Source: Bdellovibrionota bacterium
GTDB taxonomy: Bacteria; Bdellovibrionota; UBA2428
Assembly (NCBI GenBank): GCA_964201665.1
Contig: CAXNEW010000004.1
Location: 11,552 to 75,551, forward strand
Length of the DNA stretch: 64,000 nucleotides
Reading direction: 5' to 3'
The position numbers and the translations under genes are program-made. Below are positions 37,082 to 47,352 of this stretch, piece by piece; the stretch's first letter is position 1, and each line of letters begins with the position of its first letter. A model generated the notes under the pieces. That model did no database searches. It saw only the letters and a program-made list of their open reading frames with translations, and was not told the DNA's origin.

Positions 37082-38166
37082 TCTCCGGTGGACGTTTTTT
37101 CAAGTTTTTTAAGTCTTTTAAAAAAATCTGGCAAACGTCCCACGAGCGTTTGAATTTCAAGACTTTCTTTGAGAGGTCGAGGGGGATAGCCCTTCACAAT
37201 TTCACCATTTTCAATATTTCGACTGACTCCGCTTTGGGCCGCAATGGTGACATCGCTACCAATGTGAACTCCATCTTTGGTTCCACTGAGTCCCGCAATG
37301 GTCACACGATCTCCCAAAATAGTTGAGCCCGATAGGCCTACAAGCGAGCACAAAATCGCATTTTTTCCGACGACGCTGTTGTGCCCAATCTGAACGAGAT
37401 TATCTAAGGCCGAAAAATCTCCAATCTCTGTTGTTTCAAAAACCCCGCGGTCAACACACACACTCGCCCCTAAGCGAACTCCGCTTCCAATTTTCACAGC
37501 CCCACAATGAATGCGGGGTCTACGACTCGACTCGTGGGGATATTTTACAAAACCAAATCCAGGTCCACCTAAGGAAACATTTGGACCTATACTGCAATCA
37601 ACTCCGATTTGAGTATCGTCTGCGATTCGGGTGTTTGCACAAACTCGAGTTCCTTTTCCGATTCTCACCCGAGCCCCTAAACGCACTCCAGCTTCTAAAA
37701 TACAACCCTCTCCCAGCACACAGTCAGGTCCCAACACGACCCCGGCCTCAGCTTTGATATGGGGTGGGATTGAAGCTGAGTCGCCGCTCCAATCGGCTTC
37801 AATAATTTTGGAGCAAATGAAATCCATTGCTGCATCGGCACAGTTAACCTGGAGGACTCGAAAACAAGAACACTTTTCTAAAAGGTTTTTGTTTTTTGAA
37901 TCCACCAAAAGCAAACCCCAGCCTTGGCCAACAGAAATTTTTCCGCTGGCCGAAACGAAGCTAAAATCACTGACGTGGGCTTTTTCTGAAAGTTGAAGTG
38001 AACGTGGACGTTTGAGTGTGTGAAAAAATTCAAGGCTCCGTACAAGATCAGAATCAAGCAGGCCTCGGGGTACGGCTTCAAACCCCTGACGATTGAGATC
38101 TTCAAGAAGTGAAGAAAAACCGTCGGGCCAGACCTTAGAAAAACTTTTCAATAATCGCCCGGACAA
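37078..38166 (-). CDS. lpxD: UDP-3-O-acylglucosamine N-acyltransferase
   Basis: Extended hexapeptide-repeat region; 362 aa. It precedes fabZ with a 4-nt overlap. Confidence 0.85.
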   Translation of the reverse strand: MSGRLLKSFSKVWPDGFSSLLEDLNRQGFEAVPRGLLDSDLVRSLEFFHTLKRPRSLQLSEKAHVSDFSFVSASGKISVGQGWGLLLVDSKNKNLLEKCSCFRVLQVNCADAAMDFICSKIIEADWSGDSASIPPHIKAEAGVVLGPDCVLGEGCILEAGVRLGARVRIGKGTRVCANTRIADDTQIGVDCSIGPNVSLGGPGFGFVKYPHESSRRPRIHCGAVKIGSGVRLGASVCVDRGVFETTEIGDFSALDNLVQIGHNSVVGKNAILCSLVGLSGSTILGDRVTIAGLSGTKDGVHIGSDVTIAAQSGVSRNIENGEIVKGYPPRPLKESLEIQTLVGRLPDFFKRLKKLEKTSTGE

Positions 38167-38180
38167 ATTGGGACCTCAAC

Positions 38181-38759
38181 TTAGGGAGTGGCTTTAGTTT
38201 TTGAAACAGGATATTTTTTCTCAAAATCCTTAATGGCGTCTTCTGTTAGGTCAGTTCTGTCACTGGCAAAAAGAAGAGGGGGAGTTGTGCCACCGAGGCC
38301 TCCGGATTGAACTTCTAAAACAAGGTCCAAACTTTTTTTCTTAGACATTTCGCCAATCAAATTGCGCAGGTCAGACACGATGGGGTCATAAAGTTTAGCC
38401 CTTTCAGAGGCCAACTCTTTCTCGGCTTCCTGCATACGCATTCCAAGTTCTTCCATGCGACGCTGAATATCGGCAGCCTCTTTTTGTTTAGCGGAATTAT
38501 TTTTAAGATTAGCCCCAGCGCCTTTCATTAAATTTTCTTGGGCCACGGCAATGGATTGTCTCTCAGCCATCAGTTTGGTTTGCTTTTGCTTAGCGTATTC
38601 ACCGAGTTTTTCAGCGGCTTCCTTGCCACGCGCAGTGGAGTCAATGGCTTTGGCAAGGTCAAGTGTTCCGACTTTTATGGAAGCCCTAGCCGGGGAGGCA
38701 CAAAAAACTAAAAGACCCAAAAATAAAATACCGGATTTGTTGAATGTTTTTGTGAACAT
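38181..38759 (-). CDS. skp: OmpH/Skp-family periplasmic chaperone
   Basis: The ATG at 38759 is preceded by GGAG. Signal peptide MFTKTFNKSGILFLGLLVFCASPARA, then K/E/A-rich helical arms. It sits between bamA and lpxD. Confidence 0.8.
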   Translation of the reverse strand: MFTKTFNKSGILFLGLLVFCASPARASIKVGTLDLAKAIDSTARGKEAAEKLGEYAKQKQTKLMAERQSIAVAQENLMKGAGANLKNNSAKQKEAADIQRRMEELGMRMQEAEKELASERAKLYDPIVSDLRNLIGEMSKKKSLDLVLEVQSGGLGGTTPPLLFASDRTDLTEDAIKDFEKKYPVSKTKATP

Positions 38760-38839
38760 TTTTAAGAATTCTCCTTCAAGTTTAAAACCCAAGTTTCTAA
38801 CACAAGTTTTCCACTCGGTCCCAACTCTCACAAAAAGTC

Positions 38840-41173
38840 CTAAAATGGGGGTTGGATGGCAAAGATAAACTCGGGGCTCCTATCCGGCTTTTGCGGCGTT
38901 CTATTGAGCGGATATCCAAATTCGATTCTTAGGGGCCCTAGTGGCGAATACCAGCGGAAACCCCAACCGTAATTACTCAGCAGGGCTGGATTCCGGTCAG
39001 CCAATTCGTTCCACGTATTTCCAGTATCAAAAAACAAAACCCCTCGGATATCGGCTTCTGGAATAATGGGGAATTCAAGCTCCTGACTTAGAAGAACCTT
39101 TTTGGTTCCACCCAAAACATACGGAAATGCAGGCCTGCCAGCTGCGTCTGCTCGTGTGGGTGTTACCGTGACTGCAGGACCTACAGAACTGATGGGATAA
39201 CCTCGAAGGGTGTAGTATCCCAAAACATATCTTTCAGAAACGGGCACAGAGTCATTGTTGAATAAATTTGCCAAAACGCCCATTTCAAAATTTGTTCTAA
39301 ATGTGAATTTCCAGATGGGCCGCTGATAGTAACGCCAAATCAAGGCGTATTTTTGAAAGACTCGTCCACCAAGTCCTGCGAATTCCCCCGAGACCGTGCT
39401 GTAGATTCCTTTAAAAGGATCGAGTCGGTTGTTTCGGGTATCATATGAAAACGAGAGTGAAACCGAACTTACAATCGAGTCCAAATCTTTTTCGCTCGTA
39501 ATAATATCTTCTGAAATAGGATTTTTAATTTGCGACCTTGAAAGTTTATAACTTCCAAAAACCATCAGATCTTCAGACAATTCTCGCCCCGTTCTCAAAG
39601 TCGATCCAACTAGATTTTGATCATAGGTTCGACTGAAGCCTGAGCCGCCTATTTGAGAAATCTGATAAAAAAGATCAAAGCCCATGAGCCATTCGGTGTC
39701 GAAAGCCTTGGGATCGTTAAATGACAAATCAAATTGTTGAGCTGTTTTTTCGTGAGTCAAAGTCAGAGCCAAGTATTGGCCGCGGCCAAACAAGTTATTT
39801 TGAGAAACTTGACCTCGAAGGGTAAACCCGGCTCCGGTTCCGTATCCGGCCGAGACATTGAGTGAACCCGTTGGTTTTTCGGATACCTTAATTTCGAGAT
39901 CGAGTAAGTTCGTAGAATTTTTCGGAGTTGAAGTAAGAAAACTCACTTCCTGGCCAAAAAATCCGAGTCTTCGTACCTTTTCAACGCCTCGCTTACGCTT
40001 TGTTGCATTGTAGAGTTCGCCTTCAACAAAGGGTAACTCTCGACGAATAACTTTATCGTGGGTTTTTGAGTTTCCTGTAACAGCAATTTTGCCCCAATAA
40101 ACTTTTTCGCCTTTTTCGATATCTATGGCCAAATCCACAGTTTGGGTTCCCGGACGAATCTGGGGGCGAGGAATTACGTTTGCAAAGGCGTAACCTTCGT
40201 CTCCATATTTATCAGTCAGTTTTAAAATTTCTTCTTGAAGTTTACCTGTCGAAAAAACATCGGCCTCAGCCATCTCGAAGGCCTTACGCAAATCGCTTTC
40301 GCCAAACAATAGGCCCTCGCCTTGAAAGGCAACGCCTCCCAGGAAAAACTGCGGGCCTTCGTCGACCTCAATAAAGACATCAATGTATCGACGATCCTGA
40401 CTTAAAGAAACGCGAGGTTTCTCAAACTTGGCCTGAATATATCCTTCGTTTCCGTAAAAATAAGCTAAGACAGCGAGATCGCGTTCAAAGGCCCCTTCTC
40501 GATAGGTTCCGCCACCAGTCATCCACGAAAAAACATGGCCCTCGGCCGTAATCATGACTTGTTTTAAATCGCCTGAGGTAAATTTTTTGTTTCCTGAAAA
40601 AAAGACCCGCCGAACTCTTACTTTTTCGTTTTCGGTAATCTTGAATTTGAGTTCGATTTCGGTTGGCTTTTGGGCTTGAGAAATAACTTCGTAGTCAGCT
40701 CGAGCTAAATAATATCCTTTTTCTTCATATTTTGTCGCAAGGGCAGCTTGGGCTTGCCTAATTTTTGTGAGATTCAAAACTGTAAAGGGCTTGATGCCAA
40801 CGACTTCGTCTAGGTCCTTTTTTTCAAACTCATCAGCGCCTGCGTAGGTGATTTGAGTCACGATAGGGCGCTCTCTTACCTGAATTTTTAAAACTCCCTG
40901 GGGAGTCTGAAAAACTTTAATATCTTCAAAAAATCCAAGATCAAAAACTGAAAGAATATCGGCGCGAACTGATTCAGGAGTAGGAACCTGCCCCACCTTT
41001 AAAGTCAGTTTTTCTTTAATAGCATCAGCCTCAATTCGACTTTGGCCTTTAATTTCAAAACCCGAAATTGGAATCGGCAAAATTTCAGGGATCTTTGACT
41101 TGGGGCTTTGGGCCCCAACTGAATTCACAAACAAGCCCAAAATTCCAAACAAAAAAAGTTGTTTAATTTTCAC
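38840..41173 (-). CDS. bamA: Outer membrane protein assembly factor BamA
   Basis: Signal peptide, POTRA-repeat region, large beta-barrel and a C-terminal ...FAIQPPF terminus; 777 aa. Confidence 0.9.
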   Translation of the reverse strand: MKIKQLFLFGILGLFVNSVGAQSPKSKIPEILPIPISGFEIKGQSRIEADAIKEKLTLKVGQVPTPESVRADILSVFDLGFFEDIKVFQTPQGVLKIQVRERPIVTQITYAGADEFEKKDLDEVVGIKPFTVLNLTKIRQAQAALATKYEEKGYYLARADYEVISQAQKPTEIELKFKITENEKVRVRRVFFSGNKKFTSGDLKQVMITAEGHVFSWMTGGGTYREGAFERDLAVLAYFYGNEGYIQAKFEKPRVSLSQDRRYIDVFIEVDEGPQFFLGGVAFQGEGLLFGESDLRKAFEMAEADVFSTGKLQEEILKLTDKYGDEGYAFANVIPRPQIRPGTQTVDLAIDIEKGEKVYWGKIAVTGNSKTHDKVIRRELPFVEGELYNATKRKRGVEKVRRLGFFGQEVSFLTSTPKNSTNLLDLEIKVSEKPTGSLNVSAGYGTGAGFTLRGQVSQNNLFGRGQYLALTLTHEKTAQQFDLSFNDPKAFDTEWLMGFDLFYQISQIGGSGFSRTYDQNLVGSTLRTGRELSEDLMVFGSYKLSRSQIKNPISEDIITSEKDLDSIVSSVSLSFSYDTRNNRLDPFKGIYSTVSGEFAGLGGRVFQKYALIWRYYQRPIWKFTFRTNFEMGVLANLFNNDSVPVSERYVLGYYTLRGYPISSVGPAVTVTPTRADAAGRPAFPYVLGGTKKVLLSQELEFPIIPEADIRGVLFFDTGNTWNELADRNPALLSNYGWGFRWYSPLGPLRIEFGYPLNRTPQKPDRSPEFIFAIQPPF

Positions 41174-41218
41174 AAGTTCAAATTTCCTTACAAAGTGATT
41201 CTTAAAAAATCACAGCTA

Positions 41219-41932
41219 TTACGACAAATCCCAAATTTGCCCCTCTTGCAAACCAAAGCGTCTCTTATAACGCCGCGCGCTTGAATCATCGTGGGTCACC
41301 GATAAAAGGGTTGTTCCTAACTCGCTACACATTGAAAGTAAAAGATCCAAAATTTCGTGAGCCCTTTTGGGGTCTAGATTTCCTGTGGCCTCATCTGTCA
41401 AAAGTAAGGGAGGCCGGTTGGCCAGTGCCCTAGCGACTGCCACTCGTTGCTGTTCACCTCCGGAAAGTTGCCAAGGGAAACGCTTTTCTTTACCCTCCAA
41501 ACCCACTTTTTTGAGCAGCCCCGCCGCCTCACTTTTGAGATCTTCGCGGCCGGCTATTTCGCAAGGCAAAAAAACATTTTCGAGGGCCGTCAGCTCAGGA
41601 ATCAAATGATGAAACTGAAAAATAAAACCTAAATTTTTAAGTCTGAATTCTGCTTTTTTTTGAGCCGAAAGACCATTCACCGCTTTGCCCTTAAAAAAAA
41701 GAGTTCCGGAATCTAAATTTTCAAGCAAACCTAAACAGTAAAGAAGAGTTGATTTGCCCGATCCCGAGACTCCCACCAAACTCGCTGATTCTCCCGGGTA
41801 CAGACTAAATTGCGCACCACGAAGTACCTCAGAAGCTCCGCCTTTGGCTTCTTTATAGGCTTTGAATAAATTTTCTGCCCTAAGCAAGGGAGCCGGCGAG
41901 TTTTCCATCTTTTTGAAATCAATTGAAGTCAT
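41219..41932 (-). CDS. lolD: ABC transporter ATP-binding protein, LolD-type
   Basis: Walker A GVSGSGKST, signature LSGGEQQRVAVARAL, Walker B LLLTDE. Overlaps the upstream FtsX-type permease. Confidence 0.8.
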   Translation of the reverse strand: MTSIDFKKMENSPAPLLRAENLFKAYKEAKGGASEVLRGAQFSLYPGESASLVGVSGSGKSTLLYCLGLLENLDSGTLFFKGKAVNGLSAQKKAEFRLKNLGFIFQFHHLIPELTALENVFLPCEIAGREDLKSEAAGLLKKVGLEGKEKRFPWQLSGGEQQRVAVARALANRPPLLLTDEATGNLDPKRAHEILDLLLSMCSELGTTLLSVTHDDSSARRYKRRFGLQEGQIWDLS

Positions 41933-43206
41933 GCACGCCTGTTTCCGATCACTGTAGAAAAACTCATTCGCGATAGCTTATAGCCCAATGTTGCCGCCAC
42001 CAAAATGGATACTCCCAAACCCCAGGCAGAAAGAAAAATAAAATCCGGAAGATTCAGACGAATCGGCAAGTGATCAATATTGTAAATTTCCTGCGGGATT
42101 TTTAGAAAAGGCAATCGACTCAATAGAAAACCTAAAATCGGGGTCAGTAAAATACCAAACACTGTTGAAACCGCGCCGAGAAGACTTCCTAAAAGCAAAA
42201 CCCAGGCCCATAAAGCACGAGGCCCAAAGCCAATGGCATGCAAAAGCGCAATTTCTCGGTCTCTCTCTAAAAAGAGAACAATAAGTGTTGCAGCAATATT
42301 TAAGGCCGCAACTAAACTTAAAAAACCCAAAACCAAACTGAGTTCTATTTTGTTGTATCCAATTCCCTTAAACAAGGTCGATTTCATGTCGCGCCAGGTT
42401 TGAATGCGGGTTGATAAATCGGCCGGAAGAGCTGAGTCGGCGTTTGCAACTTTAAATTTCCAACCCTCGGCCCAAGCGTCCAATTTTTCTTCTCCCTCAA
42501 GTCCCTTAAAGGACTCATCAAAGAAAAGTCTAAACCCATGTGAATCCCCAATAAGTTCATTTAAACTTTCAGGAGACTTTTGTTTTAACCAATCCATGAG
42601 ACTTGGATTATCCAGAACCACAAACCGGGACTCCAGTTCGTAAAGACCCGGTTGGTGAGTTTCAAAAACTCTAAACGGAATCGAGGATTTTAAAATTCCA
42701 GGCAAGAGTATTCGAACTTCGTCTCCGGGTTTAACACCCAAAACATCGGCTAGCGCTTTGCCTAAAATAGCCCGCGGGGTGGATCCCTCCGGGCTAGGCT
42801 CATTTTTAAACAAATGACTTGAAATGATTTTTCCCTCGGAGTTTCGACTATGACGTCCCTCAATTAAAACTCCTCGACCCACAGTTTTTCCCACAATCAA
42901 ACCTTGTGTGGTCCAAAAAAATTCTGAAAAGTTGGGCCCCGGTTCGAGACTTTCTAAGATTTGAATTTCTTCAGCCTCAGTCACCCATCTGCCAAAATGA
43001 TGGAGGACTTCGCCTTGGGTATTGCCCAGGGCACGAGCGAGGGTAGCCTCAAAACCTGACACTAGCGATCTTGTAAGGCCCAGGGCCGCTAAACTTAAAG
43101 ACAAACTCAAAACCGCAATCCACAAAGAACCCCGCAGAAGTCCCCTTTTGGCTTCAGGACTTCTTGCTCCCAAACCCAACAACCATTTGAGGCCTAGACT
43201 CAACAA
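41929..43206 (-). CDS. Lipoprotein-releasing system permease (LolC/E, FtsX family)
   Basis: N-terminal TM segment, a large periplasmic loop and three C-terminal TM segments (FtsX-like); 425 aa; coupled to lolD. Confidence 0.75.
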   Translation of the reverse strand: MLSLGLKWLLGLGARSPEAKRGLLRGSLWIAVLSLSLSLAALGLTRSLVSGFEATLARALGNTQGEVLHHFGRWVTEAEEIQILESLEPGPNFSEFFWTTQGLIVGKTVGRGVLIEGRHSRNSEGKIISSHLFKNEPSPEGSTPRAILGKALADVLGVKPGDEVRILLPGILKSSIPFRVFETHQPGLYELESRFVVLDNPSLMDWLKQKSPESLNELIGDSHGFRLFFDESFKGLEGEEKLDAWAEGWKFKVANADSALPADLSTRIQTWRDMKSTLFKGIGYNKIELSLVLGFLSLVAALNIAATLIVLFLERDREIALLHAIGFGPRALWAWVLLLGSLLGAVSTVFGILLTPILGFLLSRLPFLKIPQEIYNIDHLPIRLNLPDFIFLSAWGLGVSILVAATLGYKLSRMSFSTVIGNRRA

Positions 43207-43209
43207 TTT

Positions 43210-44781
43210 TTAGTTTTCCTTTTTGAGTTGGGGAAACAAAATTACATCGCGAATGCTTGAAGAGTTGGTCAGCAACATTACGAGGCGATCAATACCAATT
43301 CCCTCACCCGCAGTGGGAGGTAAGCCGTACTCAAGAGCTCGAATATAATCCTCGTCGTAGTCGTTAGCCTCCAAGTTGCCCGCTGATTTTTCTTTTACCT
43401 GAGACTCAAATCGCGCTTTTTGATCGTCGGGATCATTGAGCTCATTGAAGCCATTTGCAATTTCTTGACCGCAAACATAAAGCTCAAATCTATCGGTAAC
43501 CTCGAGGCCCTCTGGCGAAAGAGAATCCGACCTGCGCGCAAGAGGCGAAACTTCAACCGGGTAAGAAGTTATAAATGTTGGCGCAATGAGTTTGTCCTCG
43601 ACATCAGTATCAAAAAGGAGAGTCAGCAAGGCACCCGCACCTTCTCGCCCCGAAAGCTGAACTCCTTTGGTTTTAAGATAAGCTCTGAGTGCGTCCAGGT
43701 CTGTGAACTTTCCTTTATAGGCTGAAAACTCGCGAACTGAAGCTTCCATGGAGAGGCGCTTCCAGGGTTGACCCAAATTTACTTTGTGGCCAAAAAATTC
43801 GACGTCAGTGGTGCCCAGAAGTTTTTGGGCGAGATTACGAATCAACTCTTCAGTCATGTCCATCAGGGTATGATAAGTGGCGTAGGCCATATAAAACTCA
43901 AGCATCGTAAACTCGGGATTATGACGAATACTCATTCCCTCATTTCGAAAGTTTCGATTGATTTCAAAAACTCTTTCAAATCCACCCACTACCAATCGTT
44001 TTAAATAAAGCTCGGGAGCGATTCTTAAAAAGAGTTCCATATCGAGGGTGTTGTGGTGTGTAACGAAGGGCCTCGCTGTGGCACCTGTTACAAGGGGATG
44101 CATCATGGGAGTTTCGACTTCAATAAAATCTTTCTCTAAAAAATACTCTCGAACTCCTTGGACAATTTGACTGCGGAGCTTGAAAATTTTTCGAGTCTCA
44201 TCGCTGGTCATGAGATCGAGGTATCGCCTGCGATATTTTTCTTCGATATCTGTCAGGCCATGAAACTTTTCAGGCGGCGCATGAAGGCACTTATTGAGTA
44301 AACGAAATTCGACTACCTCAAGACTGAGTTCGCCTGTTTTTGTTCGAAACAATGAACCCTGAGCCCAAACAATATCGCCCAAATCCAGAGTCTCAAAATC
44401 ACTAAAACTTTCTGTGGGCTTGACCTTGTCGCGAGCAACATAGAGCTGCAAAGTTCCTGAGCGGTCTTTAATTTTTACGAAACCCGCCTTGCCGAAGGAG
44501 CGGATAAAGGCAACCCTTCCGGCAATCACAAAGGATCCTGCGGAATTTAGCTTTACCGCGTCAGTCTCGGCCCCGAACTTCTTTAAGATTTCATCACAAG
44601 TATTTGAAACTTTTACAGAATGTGGGTAGGCGCGACCTGAGGCCCGCAAAGCCTCAAGCTTAGACCTTCGAACCTGGCTTTGTTCGTCCAATGTTATTTC
44701 CGGGACTGGAGCCCCCACAGGCAAGGGTTTTTCAGATTTAGTATCAGATTTATTTGGGGAACTCGGTTTATTTGAAGCCAT
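43210..44781 (-). CDS. lysS: Lysine--tRNA ligase (class II)
   Basis: OB-fold N-domain, class II motifs NRNFRNEGMSIRHNPEFTMLEFY and GEGIGIDRLVMLL; 523 aa. Confidence 0.9.
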   Translation of the reverse strand: MASNKPSSPNKSDTKSEKPLPVGAPVPEITLDEQSQVRRSKLEALRASGRAYPHSVKVSNTCDEILKKFGAETDAVKLNSAGSFVIAGRVAFIRSFGKAGFVKIKDRSGTLQLYVARDKVKPTESFSDFETLDLGDIVWAQGSLFRTKTGELSLEVVEFRLLNKCLHAPPEKFHGLTDIEEKYRRRYLDLMTSDETRKIFKLRSQIVQGVREYFLEKDFIEVETPMMHPLVTGATARPFVTHHNTLDMELFLRIAPELYLKRLVVGGFERVFEINRNFRNEGMSIRHNPEFTMLEFYMAYATYHTLMDMTEELIRNLAQKLLGTTDVEFFGHKVNLGQPWKRLSMEASVREFSAYKGKFTDLDALRAYLKTKGVQLSGREGAGALLTLLFDTDVEDKLIAPTFITSYPVEVSPLARRSDSLSPEGLEVTDRFELYVCGQEIANGFNELNDPDDQKARFESQVKEKSAGNLEANDYDEDYIRALEYGLPPTAGEGIGIDRLVMLLTNSSSIRDVILFPQLKKEN

Positions 44782-44876
44782 ACTTTGGCAGGCACGCTAC
44801 CAGCCCGAGGGGCGTCAATCAAAACGCTTGATAAATAGCCTAGTTATCGAAGAAAATAGAAGCACCGGAGGGGTTT

Positions 44877-46526
44877 ATGGATTTGTTGGGATCATTGCGT
44901 TTTTCTATTTTGCTTTTAAATGGGGCTTTTTTGGGGTTCGTTCTTTGTGTTTTTTCAGAAAAAACCATGGGCCAACAATCTCATATCTCTAGAAACTCAA
45001 ATACGAGGCCAGCTGAGGCCCTAGGCGCACCTTTAGCAAACGAAGAACTCTCTGAAAGAGTTTTCTCAAAAGACATATCGGCAAAAGACCGCATCAAAAT
45101 CATTGAACGCCTTTTGGAAAATCGATTTCAAATTCCGGAGTATCAAAAGGCTCAATGGCAAAATCTTTTTAAAAAAAATCGAATCGTATACACCGATGAA
45201 AAGGCTGAGGCTAAGGTGCTTTTTGAACTTTTCGCTAAACAAGAACAGTTTGCAGCCAAAACCTCTAATAAATCTTCTGATTGGACTCGATTTTTGTTTG
45301 ATTTATACGCTAAGGAAACTCAAGCCCGAAATGGGCAACCCTTCCCTTTGGATACCTATGAAAAACTGTTTCTAGAAAATTTTGAAAATTTTTCGGATTC
45401 CCAATTGTTCAATTTAGGTGATCCTTATTTTAATAAAACATTTGGTAAAGCCAATATTCACGAAACATTTTTGGATCAGCTAGAACAAGAAACAAATTTA
45501 AAAAATTTAGAAATCAGAACGAAACCCATCACTGCCCTTCGTGAACTTAACCTGGGCAGGGATCGACCCAAAGACGAACGTCTCAAAGAAATCATGGAAA
45601 CGCGTTATGTGAAGAACGCGAACACCATGTTCAACAGAGCCTTCGCCCCTTATGTCATTCCATTTTTGGGAAATGGAAATAAAGATCAAAATCCTCGAGA
45701 ACTGGAAGCTTTTCTGGATTCTGATAACCCCCATACCCGTTTAGTCGCGCTAGAGGAAATTGTGTCAGGCACCAATAGGAGGGATAGTTCTCACGGGCAA
45801 GCCTACAACCCCTTGGTCATTGGCAGCTTTAACCGGGCGACGAGATCTCTTGCGGAGGCCCAGGGTGCTGACGAATACCAAGAAAAATTTTTTCTTGAAT
45901 CCCTCAGGGGCCTCGCGAGCCTTTCGCGCAAAAATCTTGAAGACACCAAACCCTTTAATCATCTCGTTGACGGTTTTGTTTTTGCAAGCAAAACAAAAAA
46001 CGGTGATTTTAGAGACGATTCATTTTCGGAATCAGCCCTGAAGAGTTTTACTTTTGGCAATTTTTTAAATAGCGGAGATTATTTTTTTAAAGAAAACTAT
46101 AAAAGATTGCCTCTGGAAAAACAAAAGAAGCTTCTTTCGACTTTAGTTTCGTGGCTTCAGGGAAAGAATGAAAATGCCCGAAAAACGGCGGCCTTTGCCA
46201 TTCGCCATATTTTTGAAACTCAAATTCCTAAAGAAAATTTGGAAGCCACTTTGTCGCGAGTTTTTCCTGACTACAGTTTAGAAAAACTGAATCAGGATTC
46301 AGGAAGGGGTCGAAACGTCAGCCTAACCGCTTTCGTCAAAGCAATTTTTGGGCCTGCCCTCCTTTTGGGCGGAGCCCCCTCTGGTGCCAGTGGCAGCTTC
46401 TCAAAAGACGAGAGTGAGGACGACCCCGTTTTAAAAAAACTCGATCCTGAAGAAGTTAAAGAACTTACTGACAAACTTCTCTCAGTTTTTGAAAGGTATC
46501 CTGAGCCCATTGCAAAACCCAACTAG
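44877..46526 (+). CDS. Membrane-anchored hypothetical protein, possibly with HEAT-like repeats
   Basis: The ATG is preceded by GGAGGGG. N-terminal hydrophobic anchor LRFSILLLNGAFLGFVLCVFS. Helical segments resemble HEAT repeats (PHTRLVALEEIV, ENARKTAAFAIRHIF). No firm family. Confidence 0.5.
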   Translation: MDLLGSLRFSILLLNGAFLGFVLCVFSEKTMGQQSHISRNSNTRPAEALGAPLANEELSERVFSKDISAKDRIKIIERLLENRFQIPEYQKAQWQNLFKKNRIVYTDEKAEAKVLFELFAKQEQFAAKTSNKSSDWTRFLFDLYAKETQARNGQPFPLDTYEKLFLENFENFSDSQLFNLGDPYFNKTFGKANIHETFLDQLEQETNLKNLEIRTKPITALRELNLGRDRPKDERLKEIMETRYVKNANTMFNRAFAPYVIPFLGNGNKDQNPRELEAFLDSDNPHTRLVALEEIVSGTNRRDSSHGQAYNPLVIGSFNRATRSLAEAQGADEYQEKFFLESLRGLASLSRKNLEDTKPFNHLVDGFVFASKTKNGDFRDDSFSESALKSFTFGNFLNSGDYFFKENYKRLPLEKQKKLLSTLVSWLQGKNENARKTAAFAIRHIFETQIPKENLEATLSRVFPDYSLEKLNQDSGRGRNVSLTAFVKAIFGPALLLGGAPSGASGSFSKDESEDDPVLKKLDPEEVKELTDKLLSVFERYPEPIAKPN

Positions 46527-46539
46527 CAGGCGTTAGTCT

Positions 46540-47352
46540 GTGTCTATAGTGGCGTACAATTTATTTTTTTCGTTGGTAATGTTAGGTGTCTCTTTGTTTA
46601 CAGGTTGCATGACGGTTCCAGGAACCAATAAACGGGCTTTAAATATTCTTCCTCGTAGCCAGGAGCTGCAAATGGGTGAAGAGGCCTATCAAGAAATTCT
46701 CAAAAAAGAAAAGCGAAGTAAAAATCCCAAACTCACAAGTTTACTTGAGCGTGTGGGACAAAGGATTTCTCAAGTCACGGGAATAACCGATTTTAAATGG
46801 GAGTTTGCCTTAATAGAAAACCCCCAGATGAATGCTTTCTGTTTACCTGGTGGCAAAGTCGCCTTTTACACCGGTATTTTGCCAGTCCTCGAAAACGAAG
46901 GCGCAATGGCGATTGTCATGGGGCACGAAGTCGCTCACGCAGTAGCCCAACATGGAGCCCAACGGGTTTCGCAAGCTCTTGTGACACAGTTAGGATTGGC
47001 GGCCATAGATGTAGCCATTTTGAAGGATTCCAAATACCGAAACCTCACGTTGGGACTTCTCGGAGCAGGAGCCCAGTTCGGAGTTTTGCTGCCCCACTCG
47101 CGCTCCAATGAAACCGAAGCCGATAGCCTCGGCATTCGCTATGCGGCCCAGGCGGGCTATGATCCCGCCGAGGGTGCCGCTTTTTGGGAAAGATTTTCGC
47201 GCGCCACTGGCGCAGGCGGAAAACCTCCCGAATTTATGTCCACCCACCCCTCGGACACATCAAGAATTGAAAATCTCAAGGGCCTCTCACAAGAGGTCAT
47301 GCAAATTTATTTGGCCTCACCCCAGTACGGCAAAGGAGAAAAACTTTTATGA
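46540..47352 (+). CDS. M48-family zinc metallopeptidase lipoprotein (LoiP/YggG-like)
   Basis: Lipobox LFTGC, HEXXH motif GHEVAHAVAQH and a downstream glutamate in SNETEAD; 270 aa; GTG start in the track. Confidence 0.8.
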   Translation: MSIVAYNLFFSLVMLGVSLFTGCMTVPGTNKRALNILPRSQELQMGEEAYQEILKKEKRSKNPKLTSLLERVGQRISQVTGITDFKWEFALIENPQMNAFCLPGGKVAFYTGILPVLENEGAMAIVMGHEVAHAVAQHGAQRVSQALVTQLGLAAIDVAILKDSKYRNLTLGLLGAGAQFGVLLPHSRSNETEADSLGIRYAAQAGYDPAEGAAFWERFSRATGAGGKPPEFMSTHPSDTSRIENLKGLSQEVMQIYLASPQYGKGEKLL

